Notes under the pieces: model-generated | The model's database searches: none | Told to the model about the DNA's origin: nothing | What the model saw: the letters and a program-made list of their open reading frames with translations, nothing else | Part shown: positions 56,227 through 64,000 of the stretch, in pieces | How the letters are laid out: each line of letters starts with the position of its first letter | Numbering within the stretch: position 1 is the stretch's first letter | Made by a program: the position numbers and the translations under genes | Source: the human T2T-CHM13v2.0 reference genome, Homo sapiens | NCBI RefSeq assembly: GCF_009914755.1 | Contig: NC_060940.1 | Reading direction: 5' to 3' (one strand) | DNA length: 64,000 nt

Positions 56227-57333
56227 AATTTAAGGAAGCATAGAATTGAAGAGGCTATTCCAAGGTCACATGACTTTTAAGTGGCAGAAACAGGGGAATT
56301 CTGTCTAACACAATCCAATTTATCCATCTCAAGAAAAGAGATACGCCAAAGAGAATGATTATTAAATTATCATTAATGTGAACTCTTGTAATTACTCTCA
56401 TAATTTTCTTTAGGCTTATCCCATTGGGCATTGCTAAGTATTATTAGATTGTGATTATAAATGGATTCCGCCAGGCATTTCTCTTTTGCTCTGTGGCAGC
56501 TCTTTCTCTAGAGAACTTGGTCCCTGGGGATGCCATCTTCTCTGTCTTCACTCGGTGAGGATGGACTTTAGGATGCCTCACTTCTCTTCCTGAGATTCTT
56601 GCTTCCTTCTTCCTTAAGGGCCACTGATGAGCAATCAGTGAGTTTCAGGAAGAAGGCATTCAGGCTGATTTCAGACAGCCTAAGGTCAGTGTGCAAGTTA
56701 GTATGTACCTGTGTCTTATTATTGAACTGGTGAATGAATGAATGACTAGGTCATTATGAATTTGTAGATCAGGGTTTTGAAGAGTTTGGCACCGGATTTG
56801 AAAGCCAATGTTCTCTTAGTACCTACCGCTTTCTTTTCCTCACCTTCCTGGATTTCCTGCTCTTAAGGTTTTTTGTTTTTGTTTTTCTCTCCAAATAAAT
56901 GGTATTTATTAAATAAAAATTCATTTTCTCATTTATCAACCAGTTGCAGCCTTTGGATGTTTTAATTATATAAAAAAAGCATGGAAACTGGGCATTTTAA
57001 TTAGCAAGTACAGCCTTGACACAAATAAAGGCATGGCTTTGGTTATGCAGTGCATTTATTTGGTTTTCTTGAAATAAGAAAAAAAGATATCTTCTCCATC
57101 ACCAGAGTTGCTGAGTTTGACAGTGTGAATGAGATGACCTCTAAGGCCTCTACTTATAGATCTGCACGGTTGGGCCTGGGAGCTGTACTACCTCAGCTGG
57201 TGGGTGATAACTTACTCACAGTCTGTGCTGTGTCCTGCACTGTCCATTATCTGCAGGGGTGGTACTGCTGTCCCCAGGGAAGAGAATGCTGTCCACAAAG
57301 AGCCAGCCATTTATACTCTTAAAAGAATACACA

Positions 57334-57598
57334 GGAGTTGAACAATGAGAACACGTGGACAACGGGAGGGGGGAACATCACACACCGGGGCCTGTCTGGG
57401 GGTAGGGGGAAAGGGGAGGGAGAGCATTAGGACACATATCTAATGCATGCGGGGCTTAAAACCTAGATGACGGGTTGATAGGTGCAGCAAACCACCATGG
57501 CACATGTACACCTATGTAACAAGGCTGCATGTTCTGCACATGTATCCCAGAACTTAAAGTGAAAGGAAAAAAAAAAGTTTCATCAAAAAAAAAAAAGA
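57334..57598 (+). mobile_element. L1PA7/8-like 3' end, 5' truncated
   Basis: ggggcttaaaacctagatgacgggttgataggtgcagcaaaccaccatgg; TT/AAAA site; TSD aaaagaa(t/a)acac. Confidence 0.9.
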
Positions 57599-59184
57599 AA
57601 AAGAAAACACCGGAAAAAAGAGACTCTCTTCCTTGAAGGATTTAATTCCAGGAATTGGAGAATGTCTTGTACATTTCGAGAAGGCAATATAGAAAATGCA
57701 GTGGGTAGCCCAGGACTCCTGGTCCAGGTAAAGCAGGCCTTGTTGCTATTCCCCTGGACCATGATATTACATGTTGGGATGATGGGGTCTTGTGATACTG
57801 ATTAATTTAAGGCTGCATGATGATGAGGGAGGAACAAAGATGTTCTTGAGTCAGTACCTGCCAGAGTGGCTGTATCCTGGTGTTGTAATATCAAATAATT
57901 CTACATTATTTAGTAAATAGCCCTGCCCGAAGCCTCTCAGTGCCACACACCCACTGGGATTCCTGTGTGATTTGTCACCTGGAGGAACATCACCTGCCTT
58001 GGTTGGGGAGAGGAAGCCTCAGGACCCTGCACCAGGGCCATGTGACAAATACCCATTTTGATAGTTCAGTACCCGCTATTAAATATGCCGAATATTATTC
58101 CTGAAAAGGGGCATGGGGATAATTACAAAAACATACCTGGTTCCACTCTCACTTTCGCCATTTAATAGCTTTGGGTCTACAAGTAACCACCCCAGATTTT
58201 TCTCCTCCTCTATGCACCAGTCATATCAAGAATTACTGTAACTTCATTGGATTTTTGTCAGGACGCTATGATGAGAAGAACATATGCCAAGGAGACAGTT
58301 TTCTGGCAAATCAGAGGCCTGTAAGAAATGATGGCTTTTTGCTTGTATGACCAAGTCTCTTGGAGACAAGGCCTCATGTATGAACTCTGAGGCATGAGAA
58401 GGCTCAGAATTCACCCCATCTTCAGTCTTTTATTTGAAAAAGGGAAGAATGATGGAAAGGGGAGGAGAGAGTATATAAAACACGAACGGGGATCCTAGAG
58501 ACTTGAATTTCTAGTATGTACTGCCTCTGGCTAATAGGGATCTTTGACACATACGCTTTTTCTCCCTTTCCAGCTGGCCCTGTTGCTTAAAGTGGCAGAA
58601 GTAGATGTCATGTTGGCAGACAGTTTTGTTCACTGTCAAAACTGGGTTTATCTAATGTGTATTTGAAACAAACAAAAAAAAATCAATAAAATGAGCAGCT
58701 TTGGGAGCCAGGGTGAAGGCGGTTGAGATAGGACAGAACTCCAGAGGACTCTTAAACATTATTCAGGAAGCTCTGAAGCTCCCTCAGTCTGGGATTCCAG
58801 AAAAAGATTGATTAGGCAATAGTTTACCTTAGACCATGAGGAGATGGACTTTAGCCAGAACACACTGAAAAACACGAGAAAAGTTGGAAGAAGGAATTAT
58901 TTTTAGTGTTCTGAGAATGCTTTATTGATATTCCTATGAGAGTTTCATTGGTTACTGACGCTGTGTACTGATTGGGTAAATTCTAGCATTTTTACACTCC
59001 TTTGTTTCACCCTGTTTGTTCATTCATTCTTCCGTTAAACTACAATTAAGCAACTACCATATCTAATTTTAAGGTGGTGGACAAAGAATCAAACCTAAGT
59101 TGGGGAATGTGGCCTCTGGTGATTCTCAGTTCTTGGTAGCCATGTCTCAGCATAGTCTTCTCGGACACCTAATACTACTGACCT

Positions 59185-59597
59185 GTATAATCGATAGGGT
59201 ATTGCAGACATCAGAGTATGTGACTTACGAGGCTAGACCATAAAAATATTGAGGCTTCTGCCTTACTGATGTGGATCATTCACTCTAGGAAAAGCCAGCT
59301 GCCATGTTGGGAGGATACTCAAGCATACCCGTGTAGAAGAACTGAGCCTCCTGCCAACAGCCATGTGAGTGAACCACGTTCGAAGTTGATTCTGCAGCCC
59401 TAGTTAAGCCTTGAGGTGATTGCAGCCTTTGCTGCAATCTTGACTGGAACTTTATTTGAGCCCCTATCTAGAACCACCGAGCTAAGCTGCTCACAAGTTT
59501 CTGCACCACAGAAATTCTTGTGCGAGATAATAAAAGTTAATTATTGTTTCAGCCCACTTAGTTTTGGGATAATTTGTTATACAACAGTGGATAACTG
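59185..59597 (+). mobile_element. MLT1F-like LTR
   Basis: aagccagctgccatgttg...cctgccaacagccatgtgagtg...gataatttgttat. Confidence 0.8.
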
Positions 59598-60104
59598 CCC
59601 ATTCAAAGAGTCTAAACCATTAACTGTTCAGCATTAGGTAAGAAAACCAGTTAATTGTTACTTTCTTACCACCTACCCCAGCACCCCAGCACCCCAGCAT
59701 GACCACCATTTAGAGGGAGCTGCGCTTTTGCAAAGGTACATAGGACACTGTCTGTTGCTTCTGTACCTCTTGCCTCATCAGTTAGTGGTGTGATGTGTTT
59801 GCCTGACAAATACCATCTAGGACCCTGGCTGCATGAGCTTGTTGAGACAGCTAAATTTTACAGGTAGTTGGGGTTTCACCATTTAACCCAGTTAACTCTT
59901 CTATAAGTGCCGTATTAAAGCAGGTGGTGTATTTTGAAAGACGTATGTAAAAACATTTGTATTTATTTATATGAATGAATACATTTTATTTATTTATATA
60001 AATACATTATATTTATTCACATAAACACATTTTATTTATATAAATAAATCCATTTTTATTTATTTATATAAGTAAATAAATTTTCCTATAAATAATCTTT
60101 CTGA

Positions 60105-60316
60105 TTGACAGATAGCGACCTTCCTGCTATGTCCTTACATGACAGAGGAAGAGATCATCTTTCTTCAGCCTCTTCTGACAAGTCCACCAGTCTCATTCAT
60201 GAGGGTTCCACTCTCATGACTGAAGTACCTCCTAAAGGCTCCCCCTCCTAATAATATCACCTTGGAGATTAGGGTTTCCAAATATGAGTTTGGGGGGACA
60301 CATTGATTCCACAACA
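60105..60316 (-). mobile_element. MLT1A-type fragment after an AT-rich tract (59958-60095)
   Basis: cattcatgagggttccactctcatgac...atgagtttggggggaca. Confidence 0.75.
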
Positions 60317-60359
60317 CTGACCTTCTATCAGATCAGCCAGGATGCTCTTTTTCAAACTT

Positions 60360-60810
60360 CTGTCAATCTTTCCCCACCTTCACAATGTGCCCCTAGTATT
60401 ATTAATATTTAAAATATTGAAGATCTAATTAATGTTGAAATTTTTCTTTAAATCAATTCATAGATTCATTAACTTTGTTTTAAAAGGAAATGTTCTATTT
60501 CCATCGTAAAGGGAAGATCAATATGATTTGCCACATATAGATGAAGATAAACCTATATACAAAGAAAATAGAACTATAGTAATTCCATGTAGCTATTATT
60601 ACCAGAGAATACTCTAAGCCCAATGCTTGTGTTCTCTTTGGGCAAATGGAAGATGAGCCACTTGTAGAGAGGTATTAAAAACCAAAGCAAGATCTTTTGC
60701 AAGTAGATTAATTGGGCAAGACAAAGGGAATAATAACTATGTCACCAAAATTATTTAATGCAGGGTCCAGGAGCCACCTTAATCATCCATAAATTGGTTA
60801 GGCATGTTTA
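60360..60810. mobile_element. Possible old hAT-Charlie fragment; a similar relic flanks the Alu array at about 35500-36520
   Basis: aaaggaaa...tttgccacatatag and catttgccataaata...ttaaattctag resemble a recalled Charlie-type consensus. Confidence 0.35.
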
Positions 60811-62040
60811 TTACCACAGATTGGAAGCAGGCTTCCCCCAAGTGTGTTTCCCTTTGTAATGCCAGTGTCGTAACGCCACTATCTATACTTTTCAACACAA
60901 TTCCAAGTGCTACCTCTGCATGGCAGAAACTGTCAACCGTGGATGGTTTCTTTTTAGCTTGTCCTTCCCGTTCTACAGCATGGAGGTTAAGAGCTCTGGC
61001 TTTGGTTCCAATCGTGTCCCCTTTCCTCCCTGTGTGTTATTGATTGACCTCTCTGAGCCCATTGATAAATGGAGTTAAAAATTTATACTCACTGGGGTGG
61101 TGAGAAGGTTAAGGGCAATGATGTATACAAGACATTAGCATTTGCTATAAGGAGGATGTATCTCAGTTGCCATATTTGTATCACTAACCATTTGAAGATT
61201 TTGTGTTCAAGATTTGGAAGAGAATCTTCTTCCCAAGCCAGCATTTTATATTTTGCATTAAAAAAAACCACAAAAGACAAAAAAAAAAAAAACAAAAAAC
61301 CTTCACAGACAAAACCCAGGGCATATTTTAGGTGTGTTTAATTCGAAGCTCCTGATGTCTAGCAGGAACCTGGAACTTCCCTTTCTATTTTTGTGGGTCA
61401 ATATATTCCCACTTTTGATTTAAGGTAGTACAAGTTGTATATGGGTGCCAGTTAGGGATTCCTGGCTGATCTGTGCAATTTTTTCAGTGAAGTTATATGT
61501 GGTGCTTAGTGGTGACTATGGGAAGATTACACGGAGAAGTGTTAGAACAGGGTAATCAACTGGGAACCCATTTCAGGTGAATGCCAAGATGTTTTGAAGG
61601 TGGGCATGGCAGGGAAATAACAGGATGCCATGCTTGGTGAGAAATGAATTCGTAAGTGTGCACTGTCTGCCATAAAGAGCCAGGCAAGGCACAGAAAATA
61701 TTCTTCTGTTTCTTTTTCTATTGTACCCTCTCTCTGCTTTTTCTTCTCTCACTGCTGCTGAAGCAGTGAGAGCCTGTTGAGTTAAAATAAGCCAGTGAGG
61801 ATTTTGGTGGTGTTTGCCCTTGAAGCCTCTTGACATACAGTGTCATCAAGGAGCAGTGGGTGAGCCTGCCCATATCTCGGGCACAAACCTAGGTACTCAT
61901 TGAATCCTTTAAACTAACCCTCTAAAGAATTCTCAATCTGTGGATGAGAAATGGCAACACAGGGATGTTAAACTGCATGCCTACAATCATCCATTTGGAA
62001 GAAGCAGGGCTGGAATTTGAACATGAGACTGTATGCTCCC

Positions 62041-62859
62041 TGTTGTAGTTTCCTATGGCTGCTGTAAAAAGTTAGCACAAATGCAGAGGCTTAAGACAGC
62101 ACAAATGTCTTATCTTACAGTTCTGAAGGTTTCGCTCCAGAGTGAGTTTTATGGAGTGAAAATCAAAATGTTGGCAGGCCTTAGGGGAGAGTCCATTCCT
62201 TTCATCTTCCAGTCTCTAGAGGCTGCTGGCATTTTTCAGCTCACGGCCACAGCACTCTAATCTCTGCTTTCACTATCCCTTCTTTTTTCTGTGACTCTGA
62301 CCTTCTTGCTTCCCTCTTACAATGACCCTTTTAATTGCATTAGGCCCACCAGGCTCATCCAGGATGTATTTGTCTGTGTTCACACTAGTGATAAAGACAT
62401 ACCCAAAACTGGGTAATTTATCAACAAAAAGAGATTTGATGGACTCACAGTTCCATGTGGCTAGGGTGGGTGCACAGTCATGGCGGAAGGCAAAAGGCAC
62501 ATCTCACACGGCAGCAGACGAGAGAGAGTGACAGCCAGGTGAAGGAGTTTCCCGTTATAAAAACATTAGATCTCATGAGACTTATTCACTACCATGAGAA
62601 CAATATGGGAGAAATCGATCCTGTGATTCAATTATCTCCCACCAGGGTCCCTCCCACAACATGTGGGAATTATGGGAGCTACAATTCAATATGAGATTTG
62701 GATGGGGACACAGCCAAACCATATCACAGGATAGTTCCCCATATCAAGGTCCTTAACTTAATCACACTTGCATTTGATTTTATCATGCAAGGTAGCATAC
62801 TCACAGGTGGGATTAGGACTTAGACACCTTCAGCAAGAAACATTACTCAGGCCAACACA
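62041..62859 (-). mobile_element. MLT1D-like LTR split by THE1
   Basis: ttcctatggctgctgta...tcttacagttctg...tccttaacttaatcaca. Confidence 0.8.
62365..62726 (-). mobile_element. THE1 solo LTR
   Basis: TSD cagga at 62360-62364 and 62727-62731. Confidence 0.92.
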
Positions 62860-63107
62860 CTCCTCAAACCTAAGCTTATTCCCAATCACACAGTCAGGAG
62901 AGGATGCCCACAATGCACTTGGGGTTTTGTGTCTGTGTCTCCCCTCCAAGAACAGGTACTTGCCCTTGTCTTTGGAGCTCACAGCCAAGTCCTACAGTCA
63001 GCATCAGACGGCTTGTCTCAAGCTGCTGATTTCCGGGAGCAAAGCTGCTGTGGGACATGAGACTCTTTGAGGCAGAATACCTCTCATGCCTGGAGAGCAT
63101 TACAGGC

Positions 63108-63466
63108 TGCATTAGTCTGTTTTCACTCTGCTGATAAAGACATACCCAAGACTGTGCAATTTACAAAAGAAAGAGGTTTAATGAACTCACATTTCCCCAT
63201 GTCTGGGGAGGCCTCACAATCATAATGGAAGGGGAAAGGCGCATCTCACGTGGTGGCAGAGAACAGAAGAGAGCTTGTGCAGGGAAACTCCGCTTTATAA
63301 TACCATCAGATCTCATGAGACTTATTCACTATCATGAGCATAGCACAGGAAAGACCCTCCCCCATGATTCAGTTATCTCCTACCAGGCCCCTCCTACAAC
63401 ACGTAAGAATTATGGGAGCTACAATTCAAGATGCGATTTGGGTGGGGACAGAGCCAAACCATATTA
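63108..63466 (-). mobile_element. THE1 (THE1B-like) solo LTR
   Basis: TSD caggc at 63103-63107 and 63467-63471. Confidence 0.92.
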
Positions 63467-64000
63467 CAGGCTAATGACTGAGCGGGGGCTGTTTCTTGTT
63501 GTGTTCTTATAAGAACTATTGCATTTTCTTTTTCTTCCAAATATAGTTAATGGCCTCATCTTTTCTGGACTAGGTTTGTAGTAGACCATAAGCAAAAGAG
63601 TTCAGAAAGCACGGCCTCCAAGAAGTCGGATCTGCTTGTCTTTATCAATCTGTTTGGATTTTCCTGGCCCATTTACTCACAAATTTAAAAGACATGATGA
63701 GTTTTCAGGGAGAACTCTTTAGCATTTACATTTTAATTTAGTTTTGTTTACCTGTTTAGTGCCCTCTCGGTTCCCAGACCATCAAACTCACCATTGTCAC
63801 CGGGGAGAAATTTGTGTTGGCTGAAATCTGTAGTGGTTGGTCTGCTGCTTTTCTTTCTCTGCTCATCTACCCTGATAGTTTCCCTGTGGTTTGTGGTGGG
63901 CTCACAGCTCTTGACCTCAGGACTCTCGCTGGTCTAGAGGAGATTGGTTTGTGGGGGCGTCTGACATGTTTGGGTTCTTTGTGACATCTGGGCCACCCGG

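Noticed and set aside
60102-60111. Perfect PBX-MEIS decamer TGATTGACAG
   Set aside because: Isolated match at the edge of a decayed MLT1A; no supporting context
62365-63466. Apparent THE1 provirus (LTR-internal-LTR)
   Set aside because: Each LTR has its own TSD and the spacer is not internal sequence

Overview
Primate (very likely human) non-coding genomic DNA, either a large intron or an intergenic region. I cannot identify the gene or locus. I found no credible protein-coding exon, tRNA, rRNA, snRNA, CpG island or CRISPR array; the supplied ORFs are short and are mostly translations of Alu/LTR/low-complexity sequence or chance frames. The window holds about 39 Alu-family elements (FAM, FLAM and FRAM-like monomers, AluJ, AluS, one AluY-like), MaLR solo LTRs (THE1, MLT1), an MLT2 and a MER51 LTR, L1/L2/MIR fragments, DNA-transposon relics (MER47, MER58, MER20, MER53, MADE1, Charlie) and microsatellites. 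Several repeat-poor blocks between them look like cis-regulatory elements. Subfamily names come from recalled consensus sequences, not an alignment, and boundaries without a target-site duplication (TSD) are approximate. I do not see a previously undescribed biological system. The best items for follow-up are a perfect 23-bp inverted duplication around a (CA)n tract in MLT2, an L1 with an apparent twin-priming inversion and a possible 3' transduction, an 89-nt candidate poison or non-coding exon next to a PBX/MEIS motif cluster, and several candidate enhancers.
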